NCBI GenBank assembly: GCA_024401695.1
Contig: JAKSKN010000008.1
Location: 2,871 to 66,870, forward strand
Direction: 5' to 3'
DNA length: 64,000 bases
Origin: Bacteroidales bacterium
GTDB lineage: Bacteria > Bacteroidota > Bacteroidia > Bacteroidales > UBA932
Shown: positions 1 to 9,576 of the stretch, piece by piece
Numbering within the stretch: position 1 is the first letter of the stretch
How the letters are laid out: every line of letters begins with the position of its first letter
Made by a program: the position numbers and the translations under genes
The notes under the pieces: model-generated
The model's input: only the letters and a program-made list of their open reading frames with translations
What the model was told of the DNA's origin: nothing
The model's database searches: none

Positions 1-76
1 TCTTTGATTTTATTTTGATTTTTTCGAAACATTCTGCCACATATGAACAATACACTGAACCGCAAGACTTCCTGCC

Positions 77-232
77 TTATTTCTTCAGCAGATAGTCACT
101 GTATTCGTGGAGTACTTTCTCGCCGTCGGCGCGGTTCTCGATGACGGCGAACTCCCAATAGCGGCGTTGGAGCACCTGCATTTTCCCCGTTGTTTCCGTC
201 AGGCTTGAAGAACAGACCGTCCTTGTAGCTCT
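77..232 (-). pseudogene. Possible frameshifted 3' gene remnant
   Basis: Two coding-looking segments (SYKDGLFFKPDGNN / GKMQVLQRRYWEFAVIENRADGEKVLHEYSDYLLKK*) would join by removing one base in GGGGAAAA; no start upstream; family not recognised. Confidence 0.25.
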
Positions 233-299
233 AAATTGATTTTTTTTGCAACCATTCCGGGCAGCAGTCCGTTTATGATAATTGATCAAGATTATGACA

Positions 300-2732
300 A
301 TGAAAGCATTTTTCAACATAGCGAGGAACATCTTTGCAGTTATTGGCCTGGTATTTTCGATTCTTCTGGTATATGTGCTGTGCAGTGGGAAGTATGCAGC
401 AATCCGCAGCAGGGCCATACAAGGGCAGGCAAGCCACATTGAGACTCTGAAACTGGCCGGACCATACGGCAAGGACAAAGTCAAGTTCAATATCCACCCT
501 GCCATCGATTCAGAGAGGGCGGCTGAGATAAGGGAATACTTCCAGCTGGACACTCTGTATGACGGAACGGCTTCCACCTGGGAGAAGACACTGGCGATCG
601 CCCGTTTCGTTGCAACCAACATTCCTCACGCCAATCAGACGATACAGCCTGAAAAGAGGAACGCCATCTATCTGTGGGAGTACACGAAGAACACCGAACC
701 GGCATTCAATTGCAGGCTTCACAGCATAATGATGTTCGAGTTGCTTTCGTCTGTGGGAATAGAAGCCACATATATCACCTGTATGCCTGAAGACAGCAAC
801 GACACTGACTGTCACGTGGTCAATCAGGTCTGGCTCCCCGAACTCGGGAAATGGGTGATGATAGATTCCGACTCCGGCGGATTCTACGCGACTGACGAGG
901 ATGGCAAGCTGCTTTCGTTGCAGGAGATCAGAGAGTCATATATTCAGGGGAAGCCTATCCTATATCACCCACAATTTATTGAAAGGGGAAGTTCTGACAA
1001 CTGGTACTATGACTACATGGCAAAGAATACCTATTGGTTCTCCTGCTGGGAGACCATTCATTTTGACCAGGAGCCGGCTTCCGGGAAAGAAGCAGGAAGA
1101 TATATCCACCTTGTCCCGAAAGGATTCAAACCGTTCGGCATAAATAATTCAGACATAGTGACAAATGATTCCCGGCAGTTCTGGGCCAAGCCAGGCCGGC
1201 CCGGGGATCGTATCCTCGAAGACTTCGATTATTTCTTCCAGGCATTCGAGCAGACCCATCCCGATCCTTATTCCGCTTTTGGCGGCGAAAGGGAATTCCA
1301 TAAAAAGGTGAAGAAGCTGCGACGCACATTAAGCCACGCCGAAGGGATGGATGCAGACCGTCTGCAGGCGGAAATCGGTCGCTTTCTCGTGCCTCTGCAC
1401 GACGGCCACACATTTTGCGGGCAGATGCGCTATTCTTTTGATTCCGAAGTCCGGTTCCTTCCTCTGAACCTGCGGACAATGACAGACGGATTCTTCGTAT
1501 GGAGTGCTCTGGAAGACTTCAAAGGGCTGCTTGGGGCAGACGTTATGAGCATCGGTGGTATGCCGCTGGACAAGCTGATGGACAGACTGGCGGAATATGT
1601 CCCTTCCGAGAATGTCTATGGCCTGTACGGCGCCGTAAGCAGCTGGAAAATGGACAGCAATATGCTTTCGCTGATGCTGGATGATTTTGACGGCAAGAAA
1701 GTGGAAATGGGATTCAGAACTGTTTCAGGTACCGATACTACAGCGATTATGCCGTTGTTTACGGATGAAGAGATGCAGAGTGCCTCCTTCAGTTCGATGC
1801 CGACCGACCCGCGTTTCCCATCCTCGAATTTCGAGTACAAGTGGGCAGACAAGGAGCTCGGTGTCATGACTTTCAAATGCAGTCACATTGTTTCGCGCGA
1901 CTGTCTTCAGTATATTCTCGATCACGGTATGGGAGAATACGATGCAATCAAGGACTGGGCGTTCCCGAATACGCCTTTCGAAGAAATCCCTTCCATTGCG
2001 GAGCGCTTCGGAGCAATGCTTTCAGAGATGAAGGAAGCGGGGGCTCAGCATCTCATCATTGACCTTCGCGGTAACGGAGGAGGATGGAGTCCGATAGTAT
2101 ATCCTGTACTTTATCAGCTCTACGGCGATGAGTTTCTTACCACGGACCTGGGCTACTGCTATGAGACAAGGCTCTCGAAGTTGTATCTGCAGAAGAACAA
2201 TGTGACCCTTGAAGGATTCAACGAGTGGCAGGGATCCTCCTACCAGATCGGAGACCTGATGTCCGGTGATGTTGATGCAGTGCCAGAGACTATCAATGAC
2301 AGCCTAAGAAACGCCGTAATCGACAGCTATACGTGTCTGGACAAGGATATGCTCCGCGCCCAGAACGGTGAACCTCTTTACAGGCCGGAGCACGTGTATG
2401 TGGTAACCAATGAGGGTACCTTCAGCGCCGCGTTCCACTTCACATATATGTTGTGGAAGATGGGGGCAACGATTGTGGGGACACCAAGTTCGCAGGCCCC
2501 TAATACTTATATGGAGTCCACGCCCTTCAGTCTGCCGAACACAGGCATCCAATGTTCCGTTTCCAATGCCATTCAGCGCTTCTTCCCTTCCGGCGACCCT
2601 CGTGCGAAGATATTCCGTCCGGATTGGGCTCCCAGCTGGGAAGACTACAAACGCCTTGGATTCGACTCCCGTGCCGACCTGCTGTATATCCTTGAGAAAA
2701 TCAAAAATCAACAGAGCTTTCATCGGTACTGA
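300..2732 (+). CDS. Membrane-anchored transglutaminase-like domain + S41 (tail-specific) peptidase fusion
   Basis: N-terminal TM helix; FNCRLHS...CHVVNQVW...WVMIDSD (Cys-His-Asp triad pattern); C-terminal LIIDLRGNGGG and VVTNEGTFSAA S41 motifs; start taken at ATG 300 (294 possible). Confidence 0.75.
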   Translation: MKAFFNIARNIFAVIGLVFSILLVYVLCSGKYAAIRSRAIQGQASHIETLKLAGPYGKDKVKFNIHPAIDSERAAEIREYFQLDTLYDGTASTWEKTLAIARFVATNIPHANQTIQPEKRNAIYLWEYTKNTEPAFNCRLHSIMMFELLSSVGIEATYITCMPEDSNDTDCHVVNQVWLPELGKWVMIDSDSGGFYATDEDGKLLSLQEIRESYIQGKPILYHPQFIERGSSDNWYYDYMAKNTYWFSCWETIHFDQEPASGKEAGRYIHLVPKGFKPFGINNSDIVTNDSRQFWAKPGRPGDRILEDFDYFFQAFEQTHPDPYSAFGGEREFHKKVKKLRRTLSHAEGMDADRLQAEIGRFLVPLHDGHTFCGQMRYSFDSEVRFLPLNLRTMTDGFFVWSALEDFKGLLGADVMSIGGMPLDKLMDRLAEYVPSENVYGLYGAVSSWKMDSNMLSLMLDDFDGKKVEMGFRTVSGTDTTAIMPLFTDEEMQSASFSSMPTDPRFPSSNFEYKWADKELGVMTFKCSHIVSRDCLQYILDHGMGEYDAIKDWAFPNTPFEEIPSIAERFGAMLSEMKEAGAQHLIIDLRGNGGGWSPIVYPVLYQLYGDEFLTTDLGYCYETRLSKLYLQKNNVTLEGFNEWQGSSYQIGDLMSGDVDAVPETINDSLRNAVIDSYTCLDKDMLRAQNGEPLYRPEHVYVVTNEGTFSAAFHFTYMLWKMGATIVGTPSSQAPNTYMESTPFSLPNTGIQCSVSNAIQRFFPSGDPRAKIFRPDWAPSWEDYKRLGFDSRADLLYILEKIKNQQSFHRY

Positions 2733-2765
2733 TAAGCAGAAAAAAGAGCTTTTTCAAAATATTTC

Positions 2766-3377
2766 TTATACCTCGGTATATTTTTGCATAAGGCAGCGCA
2801 TCTTTTCTTCAAGGATGCGGGTCTGCTCGTCAACATAGTCGGCTGACAGTCCGCCTGCAGGGACTTCGATGGTGAACGGTTCGCCGACCATCATACCCGT
2901 CCTGCGAAATATCCTGTGCGGGCCGTCGATATAAACCATAGTGACAGGCACCCTGGCCATCACGGCGAGCATCGACACTCCTGAATGGAACGGAAGCTGT
3001 TGCCGGTGCAAGCCGTGCCGCCCTTCGGGAAAGATTGCCACGCAACCGCCTTCGGAAAGTATCTTCAGGGATTCGTGTATCCACGAGGTGTCGGCGTGCT
3101 GGCGGTCGATCGGAATGCAGCACGTGTGACGGAGGAAAAATCCGAAGCCCTTCTGCTCAAAACGGTCCTTCGCAGCGAGCGAATGAATGAGGGGGCCCTT
3201 CAGTGTGGTGCCTACGATGGGACCGTCCAGGTGGCTGGTGTGGTTGCATACAAGTATAGCCGGCCCTTCTATGCGAGGTTTCCTCTTCCTGGTCCCGTCT
3301 TCGGAATATACCTTGGGGTTGTACAATATCTTGACGAGGACCGCTATGATCCCGATGAATATTCTGTCTCCGTTCAT
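2766..3377 (-). CDS. plsC: 1-acyl-sn-glycerol-3-phosphate acyltransferase
   Basis: NHTSHLD (HX4D) and IFPEG motifs. Confidence 0.85.
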   Translation of the reverse strand: MNGDRIFIGIIAVLVKILYNPKVYSEDGTRKRKPRIEGPAILVCNHTSHLDGPIVGTTLKGPLIHSLAAKDRFEQKGFGFFLRHTCCIPIDRQHADTSWIHESLKILSEGGCVAIFPEGRHGLHRQQLPFHSGVSMLAVMARVPVTMVYIDGPHRIFRRTGMMVGEPFTIEVPAGGLSADYVDEQTRILEEKMRCLMQKYTEV

Positions 3378-3426
3378 ATCTTTTCGCTATGGAATCACTA
3401 AGATACATAAATCTTTAGGAATGATG

Positions 3427-3566
3427 AAAAAATAAGTTGGTAAAGATTTATGAGGGATTGTTTATGTATTTTGGATATGGAATGAAGGAGCGTAGCCGTG
3501 CTACGTGACTGAATGACATGTTCAAAAGACAAAACAAGAACCATAAAGATTACCAAGTTATTTTTT
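3427..3566. repeat. 140-bp hairpin/MITE-like element, copy 1
   Basis: Terminal inverted repeats AAAAAATAAGTTGGTAA / TTACCAAGTTATTTTTT; central GGAGCGTAGCCGTGCTACGTGAC; same length and ends as 15416-15555. Confidence 0.75.
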
Positions 3567-3643
3567 AAGAATGACTTAAACAATCTTATTGATTATTGGC
3601 CCATTTCCACTTACTTTGTAATAACCAATCAAACACAACCAAT

Positions 3644-4495
3644 ATGATAAAGGACATAGCACACATCGCCTTGAATCCATTGGATATGGACAAGACCGTT
3701 GAATTTCTCGACAAAGTGTTCGGATGGAAGAAAGTATTCGAACTTCATCACGACAACGGTGATCCGTGGATTATGTATATAAAGATCTGCAAAGACCATT
3801 TCCTGGAACTGTTCTATGATGCAGAGAACGACCGTGACTATGCCTATGACTTCACCAGGACCGGCTTCAACCACTTTTGCGTAACCGTCGGCGACATACG
3901 CAAGGCGCTGCAGGAAATATATGAGAAAGGCTATATCGACTCGCCTGAGCCTCAGATCGAGAAGAGTCTAAACAAGAACCTGTGGATCCACGACCCCGAC
4001 GGCAACGGCATCGAACTTCAGGAGTACGTCCCAGGATCCATACAGATGCAGAGCAACGAGGCCCCTTATCAGTTCGGACGCGAGGGCTACATAGGCATAG
4101 GCCACGCCTGTTTCGTGTGCAAGGACATCAAGGCATCGCTCGACTTCTACTGCAACAAGCTTGGGATGAAGTTGGCTGGCGTACAGGACAACGACGAGGG
4201 CAAGCCGTGGCTCCACTATGTACGCATTACCGACGGTGTATTCCTCGAGCTTATCCCGGACGGACGAGGCGAGAACCCCAACATCGGCTGGAACTCCCGC
4301 GGCTTCAACCACATCTGCCTCGAGACGGACGACCTGCTCGGGGATGTGGAGCACCTGAGGTCGATAGGCGTGGAGATCGCTCAGGAGCCCAAGACCGCGG
4401 CCGACCACAACTGGCAGGCGTGGATCAACGACCCCGACGGCAACAAGATTGAACTGATGATGCTCGCCCCGGACTCTCCGCAGAGCAAGGCATAA
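3644..4495 (+). CDS. VOC/glyoxalase family protein with two tandem domains
   Basis: Two repeats of H...E...GFNH(F/I)C...DPDGN.IEL; ATG at 3644 preferred. Confidence 0.85.
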   Translation: MIKDIAHIALNPLDMDKTVEFLDKVFGWKKVFELHHDNGDPWIMYIKICKDHFLELFYDAENDRDYAYDFTRTGFNHFCVTVGDIRKALQEIYEKGYIDSPEPQIEKSLNKNLWIHDPDGNGIELQEYVPGSIQMQSNEAPYQFGREGYIGIGHACFVCKDIKASLDFYCNKLGMKLAGVQDNDEGKPWLHYVRITDGVFLELIPDGRGENPNIGWNSRGFNHICLETDDLLGDVEHLRSIGVEIAQEPKTAADHNWQAWINDPDGNKIELMMLAPDSPQSKA

Positions 4496-4498
4496 AAA

Positions 4499-5533
4499 TC
4501 AGATGAGCCTGTCGGCAAGTTCCAGGATAAGCCGCTCTGTCTTTTCCCATCCAAGACAAGGGTCGGTGATGGACTTGCCGTACACCGTCTCCCCATTCTT
4601 CTGGGCACCGTCCTCGATGTAGGACTCGATCATCAGTCCCTTGACCATTGACCTTATGGCATCGTTATGGTCCATGCTGTGGATTATCTCCTTGGCGATA
4701 CGGCCCTGCTCAAGGAATTTCTTTCCGGAATTGGAATGATTGCAGTCCACGATGACCCCGGGGTTGACTATTTCAGGATTCTCCTTGAAGGTGTCTGACA
4801 GATGTATCAGGTCCTCGTAATGATAATTGGAATGGCCGGTGCCGTGGTTGTCGACATAACCTCGGAGGATGGCGTGGGCGTACGGGTTCCCCGCGCTCTC
4901 AACCTCCCAGTTGCGGTAAATGAACATATGTCCACCCTGGGCGGCCTTTATGGAGTTGATCATTACGGAGATGTCCCCGCCCGTGGGGTTCTTCATCCCG
5001 ACCGGGATGTCAAGTCCGCTTGCCACCAGGCGGTGCTGCTGATTCTCAACGCTTCTGGCACCTACCGCCACATACGACAGCAGGTCTGACAGGAACATAT
5101 GATTCTCCGGGTAGAGCATCTCGTCTGCACAGGAGAAGCCCGTATCCATAATTGCCTTCAGGTGAAGATGACGTATGGCAAGCAGTCCCTTGAACATATC
5201 GGGGGAAGCCAGCGGATTAGGCTGGTGAAGCATACCCTTGTAGCCTGCGCCCGTCGTCCTTGGCTTGTTGGTGTAGATTCTCGGGATGATGACTATCTTG
5301 TCCTCGACCTTTTCCTGCACCTTGCGCAGGCGGCTGATATAGTCCAGCACCGCATCCTCCCGGTCTGCCGAGCAAGGGCCGATGATCAGCAGTATCCTGT
5401 CCGACCCGCCGTCAAGAACTTCCCTGATGCGTCTGTCGTTTTCCGCCTTTGCCCTCCGGCCTTCTTCAGGCAGAGGATACAGTTCCTTTATTTCCTGAGG
5501 GCTGAACAGCTCCCTGTTGAATGTCATATTCAT
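4499..5533 (-). CDS. aroG: 3-deoxy-7-phosphoheptulonate (DAHP) synthase, class I alpha
   Basis: IIGPCS, KPRT, VGARS, VGMKNPT, DCNHSNS, GLMIESY motifs. Confidence 0.92.
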   Translation of the reverse strand: MNMTFNRELFSPQEIKELYPLPEEGRRAKAENDRRIREVLDGGSDRILLIIGPCSADREDAVLDYISRLRKVQEKVEDKIVIIPRIYTNKPRTTGAGYKGMLHQPNPLASPDMFKGLLAIRHLHLKAIMDTGFSCADEMLYPENHMFLSDLLSYVAVGARSVENQQHRLVASGLDIPVGMKNPTGGDISVMINSIKAAQGGHMFIYRNWEVESAGNPYAHAILRGYVDNHGTGHSNYHYEDLIHLSDTFKENPEIVNPGVIVDCNHSNSGKKFLEQGRIAKEIIHSMDHNDAIRSMVKGLMIESYIEDGAQKNGETVYGKSITDPCLGWEKTERLILELADRLI

Positions 5534-5551
5534 AATCCGTCTTCTGTTGAA

Positions 5552-6400
5552 TTAATTCTTCTCAAATTGTTTCCTCTTCTGTGAGGAGTCCCTCATCACG
5601 GCCCTGAGCGTTTCGGTATCACCGTCCGCGATGGCCTTCTTCAACGCCTCCATACTGTTGACAAACATATCGATCTGGTGTATCAGGACATCGCGGTTCA
5701 GGAGGAAGAGCTCGCTCCACATCGTCTCGTTGATCGCCGCTATCCTGGTGAGGTCCCTGAAAGAATCGCCCGAATACTTCGCCATCTCGGAGGTTTCGCG
5801 GCAGGTCATCAGCGACACGGCCACACAATGGGTCAGCTGGCTCAGGAAGCCTATCATCTCGTCGTGCTCTTCCGGAGACAGTTCCGATATCTTGCCGAAA
5901 CCCATCCTCCGTCCAAGTTCCTTGCACGTCTCTATCGCCGGCTGCGTGTTGGCCGAAGTCGGAGTGACCAGATAGTTGGCGCCCTTGAATACCGAGCAGT
6001 CGCTGTTGACCACTCCAGACCGCTCCCGGCCCGCCATAGGATGGGCGCCTATATATTCCAGGTCAGGCCTGAGAATACGCTGGACTTCATATACTACCGG
6101 CACCTTCACGCCGGATGTGTCGGTGATCAGCGTGCCGGGAGCGATAAGGTCCTGGCAGGTCCTTATCCACTCGACGAAGGTGTTCGGATAGAGACAGGAA
6201 ACGATCAGCCTGTATCTCGAGATGAATTCCTTCTCCGGCCGGACAGTCCCTTCCGTTATGATGCCTTTGGCAAGCGCATAATCGAGCGATTCCCTGTTCC
6301 TGTCAATGGCACCTACCTGAAAACCGGCGTTGGTGAGGGCTTCGGCATAACTGCCTCCTATGAGTCCCAGACCGACGATCAATACCTTATCTTCAATCAT
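5552..6400 (-). CDS. tyrA: Prephenate dehydrogenase
   Basis: VGLGLIGGS Rossmann motif, HPMAGRE, HDEMIGFLSQLTH, FRDLTRIA; ATG 6400 overlaps the aroC stop. Confidence 0.9.
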   Translation of the reverse strand: MIEDKVLIVGLGLIGGSYAEALTNAGFQVGAIDRNRESLDYALAKGIITEGTVRPEKEFISRYRLIVSCLYPNTFVEWIRTCQDLIAPGTLITDTSGVKVPVVYEVQRILRPDLEYIGAHPMAGRERSGVVNSDCSVFKGANYLVTPTSANTQPAIETCKELGRRMGFGKISELSPEEHDEMIGFLSQLTHCVAVSLMTCRETSEMAKYSGDSFRDLTRIAAINETMWSELFLLNRDVLIHQIDMFVNSMEALKKAIADGDTETLRAVMRDSSQKRKQFEKN

Positions 6401-7508
6401 TTCCGTCACATTGTCTGGTCGCACTCAAGAAATCCCTGCCGTATCTGAGGGCAAGCATATCACAAAGGACGATGGCCGTCAGGCTTGACACCACGATGCA
6501 GATCCGCCTTATTATGGCCGGGTCGTGGCGGCCTTTGACGCAGAGCTTCGCAGGCTGTCCGCTGAGCAGGTCAACCGTGTCCTGTTCCTTCGAGATGGAA
6601 GGGGTCGGTTTGACCGCGCAGTTGAACACCACCGGCATACCATTGGACATTCCACCGTTGATCCCGCCGTTATTGTTCGAGGATGTGACAATCTTTCCGC
6701 CATCGACGGTCCACGGGTCGTTGAGTTCAGACCCTGTGCCTTCGGCAAACCCGAACCCCAAGCCGAACTCCACACCCTTGATGCCGCCAATGGAAAACAT
6801 CGCATTGGAGATGCAGCCCTCCAGCGAATCGAACCAGGGCTCACCTACTCCGGCATCCAGGCCTATGATTGCAGTCTGGATCTTTCCTCCGAGCGAATCG
6901 CCGTTCCTTCCGGCTGCTTCGATCTTCTCTATCATTTTCTTCCCGGCAGCATCATCTATCACAGGGAAGGCCTTGGCGTTCAGGGATTCTATCTCTGCCG
7001 GAAAATCGGCAAAGGCAGAGTCGTCAACCCCGCCGCAACGCAGGATATGGGTGGCAAGACGGATGCCCCTGGATTCGAGGGCCTTGATGGCAAGAGCCCC
7101 GGCAGCCACTATGCCAGCCGTGATACGGCCGCTGAAATGGCCTCCGCCGCGATAGTCCTCGAAGCCCGCATAGCGGACGTGGGCCACGAAATCGGCGTGC
7201 GACGGACGGGCCAGGAAGCGGAGTTCATCGTAATCTGCGCTTTTGACGTTGACATTCGGGATTAGGATGGTGACAGGTGCGCCGGTGGTCATACCGTTGA
7301 ACACCCCGCTTACGATCCTGAAATCATCCGGTTCCACGCGCGCGGTTTCGGTGATGCCTGAAGGCCTGCGCTTCGAGAGTTGCGCCGCAACGAATGCTTC
7401 ATCGACCGGGATACCTGCAGCAAGACCGTCCAGAACGGCGCATATCATCTCCCCGTGCGATTCCCCGCTGAGAGTCAGGGTGATGCTCTTACCTATGCTG
7501 TTGCTCAT
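6393..7508 (-). CDS. aroC: Chorismate synthase
   Basis: GESHG, RPSHAD, RGGGHFSGRIT, NNNGGINGG, KPTPSI, GRHDP signatures. Confidence 0.95.
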   Translation of the reverse strand: MSNSIGKSITLTLSGESHGEMICAVLDGLAAGIPVDEAFVAAQLSKRRPSGITETARVEPDDFRIVSGVFNGMTTGAPVTILIPNVNVKSADYDELRFLARPSHADFVAHVRYAGFEDYRGGGHFSGRITAGIVAAGALAIKALESRGIRLATHILRCGGVDDSAFADFPAEIESLNAKAFPVIDDAAGKKMIEKIEAAGRNGDSLGGKIQTAIIGLDAGVGEPWFDSLEGCISNAMFSIGGIKGVEFGLGFGFAEGTGSELNDPWTVDGGKIVTSSNNNGGINGGMSNGMPVVFNCAVKPTPSISKEQDTVDLLSGQPAKLCVKGRHDPAIIRRICIVVSSLTAIVLCDMLALRYGRDFLSATRQCDGND

Positions 7509-8520
7509 ATTTTCTTTTGATTATCAGTTGTCTTAATTCTTCCTGTGTGAATTCGCGGAACTCAAAACGTCCTATCCCGCTTACCCATACGGCAGTTACG
7601 CCGGAAGCCCCCGCCTTCTTGTCGTGACCGGCCAATTCACACAGCCTGTCGGTATCGAAGTCGTCCGAAAGAGGAAGCCCATACTTCTCAAGGGCCGCCG
7701 CAATCCGCTGTCTGGCGCTGCCTTCCGACATATACATCATACCGGCTGCCACACATTCCCCGTGATACAAGGTGCCACCGGCCGCCGATTCAATGGCATG
7801 GCCGATGGTATGGCCGAAGTTGAGGACCTTGCGCAGCCCCTTTTCGTACGGATCGCTCTGCACCACATTGAGCTTGATCCCCAGGGCGCCGGCTATCATC
7901 CCGCAGAGTTCCGTCCTGTCCCCTTCCCAGGAGCAGATGCGCTCGAAAAGGGTTTCATCGGATGTGGCCGCCATCTTGATCATTTCCGCAATGCCTTCGG
8001 CAAATATCCTTGGCGGCAGCGTGTCAAGGCACTCCGGGTCCACAATGACCCCGGATGGATTGTGGAACGCGCCGACAATATTCTTCACACCACGGAAATT
8101 GATGGCCGTCTTGCCGCCGATGGACGAGTCAACCTGCGAAAGCAGAGTCGTCGGCACGCTGTAGAAGGCTATCCCACGCATATAGCAGGCGGCAGCAAAG
8201 CCGCATAGGTCTCCGACCATCCCCCCACCTACTGCCACAATGACATCATTGCGGGAAAAGCGCTGCCCGACCAAGGTGGAAAAGATGTCTTCCAGCGCGG
8301 AGATGCTCTTGGTGGACTCACCCGCCTTCAGCGTCAGTATCCGGCTTCCGGCAAAGGCAGCGGCCACTTTCTCCGCATATTCCGACGGGACACCGTCGTC
8401 TGTCACCACAAGCACCTTCCTGCCGGAAAGGTCGAGCAGAGCGCCGATCCTGTCCAATGAACCGGCTTCAACCACTATGTCATAACCTTTCCCACATTCG
8501 GGATTGCATCTGAGTGTCAT
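7489..8520 (-). CDS. aroB: 3-dehydroquinate synthase
   Basis: GESTKS, VGGGMVGD, PTTLLSQVDSSIGGKT, LNFGHTIGHAIE, HGECV; ATG 8520 overlaps the pheA stop. Confidence 0.93.
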   Translation of the reverse strand: MTLRCNPECGKGYDIVVEAGSLDRIGALLDLSGRKVLVVTDDGVPSEYAEKVAAAFAGSRILTLKAGESTKSISALEDIFSTLVGQRFSRNDVIVAVGGGMVGDLCGFAAACYMRGIAFYSVPTTLLSQVDSSIGGKTAINFRGVKNIVGAFHNPSGVIVDPECLDTLPPRIFAEGIAEMIKMAATSDETLFERICSWEGDRTELCGMIAGALGIKLNVVQSDPYEKGLRKVLNFGHTIGHAIESAAGGTLYHGECVAAGMMYMSEGSARQRIAAALEKYGLPLSDDFDTDRLCELAGHDKKAGASGVTAVWVSGIGRFEFREFTQEELRQLIIKRKYEQQHR

Positions 8521-9383
8521 ATTTCCTGATGTCTGTATGATCCTACAAGGCGCAGATTGTCGCACACGGTCTTCATCTGGCGGAGCAGTTCCTTTCCGTT
8601 GTCTCCTGTCACGTCGCCTTCAAGCTCCACGAAGAAATAATGGTTCCAGTCCGGCCCGTATGAAGGGCGGCTGTGGATATAGCTCATATTGTAGCCGTGC
8701 GCACCGATGATGTTCAATGCCTTCGCCAGCGCTCCCGCCTCATTGCGGACGGCGAACACAAGTATGAAACGGGTGTCGTGTCCGGAAGTCTTGAGGTTGT
8801 TCATGGAACGCGAGAACACGGCGAAACGTGACTGGTCGTGAGAGGTCCTGTCGCTCTGCTGCGCCGTCACATCCAGAATCGAGTTGATGTAAAGGTCGCC
8901 GTGGTATGCAAGGTCGATTACAGTACCGACATCCCCCGCGGGACTGTTTTCTATCGGGAGTATCGCCACATCAACGTCCCCGTTGACGCAGGCGGAGTAA
9001 GCTTCGGCGAAATCAGGGAAGGATACGGTCTCCGCCTCAGGGAATGCCTTCTGGGCCGCGTTGTGGGCAAAGTCACCGGAGACTCCGCAATATGCTATTT
9101 TCATCCCCTTGAAAAGACGCCTCTGGTAGTCCTTCGAAAGCCCCATCAGGTGCTTCTGGAAAAGAACATAGAACTCCCGCTTTTCGGAGTCCTCCACCAG
9201 TTCGCAGGCATTTTCAATCTTGGCCCGCTCACGGCTGTCGTCAATGATGCTGAGGCCGCTCCTTATCTTGTACTCTGCGACTTCACGGCATTGTTGCATC
9301 CGCCGTTCGAACAGTTCCGCCATCTGAACATCTATTTCATTGATGGCCTTGCGAGCTTTGTCAAGTTCATTGTCTTGTCCCAT
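8517..9383 (-). CDS. pheA: Chorismate mutase + internally deleted prephenate dehydratase + ACT domain
   Basis: CM domain (RKAINEID..MAELFERRM), PDT start (IAYCGVSG, LPIENS), ACT (NEAGAL, HSRP); second PDT lobe absent. Confidence 0.85.
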   Translation of the reverse strand: MGQDNELDKARKAINEIDVQMAELFERRMQQCREVAEYKIRSGLSIIDDSRERAKIENACELVEDSEKREFYVLFQKHLMGLSKDYQRRLFKGMKIAYCGVSGDFAHNAAQKAFPEAETVSFPDFAEAYSACVNGDVDVAILPIENSPAGDVGTVIDLAYHGDLYINSILDVTAQQSDRTSHDQSRFAVFSRSMNNLKTSGHDTRFILVFAVRNEAGALAKALNIIGAHGYNMSYIHSRPSYGPDWNHYFFVELEGDVTGDNGKELLRQMKTVCDNLRLVGSYRHQEI

Positions 9384-9393
9384 ACCATGTCAT

Positions 9394-9454
9394 AAAAAAT
9401 AAGACCGCCCAAAAATCGGACAGCCATCATATCCTAACCAACAATACAAATCTA
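9394..9454 (-). promoter_or_regulatory. aro operon promoter (-7 TAGATTTG) followed by a terminator-like leader hairpin
   Basis: TAGATTTG at 9454-9447; GGCTGTCC-N7-GGGCGGTC hairpin then TTATTTTTT just before pheA. Confidence 0.45.
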
Positions 9455-9540
9455 TACGAATTTCCGTAAACATCCAAATTTATCAGGGAAATGAGTGAAA
9501 AATATAGCGGATCCTTTTTGCAAATTCAAGCAATTTACAG

Positions 9541-9548
9541 TAAATTTG
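9541..9548 (+). promoter_or_regulatory. Bacteroidetes -7 promoter box
   Basis: TAAATTTG matches TAnnTTTG, 28 nt before ATG 9577. Confidence 0.55.
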
Positions 9549-9576
9549 AATGAGCCATATTAGGTCAACCAAACAA

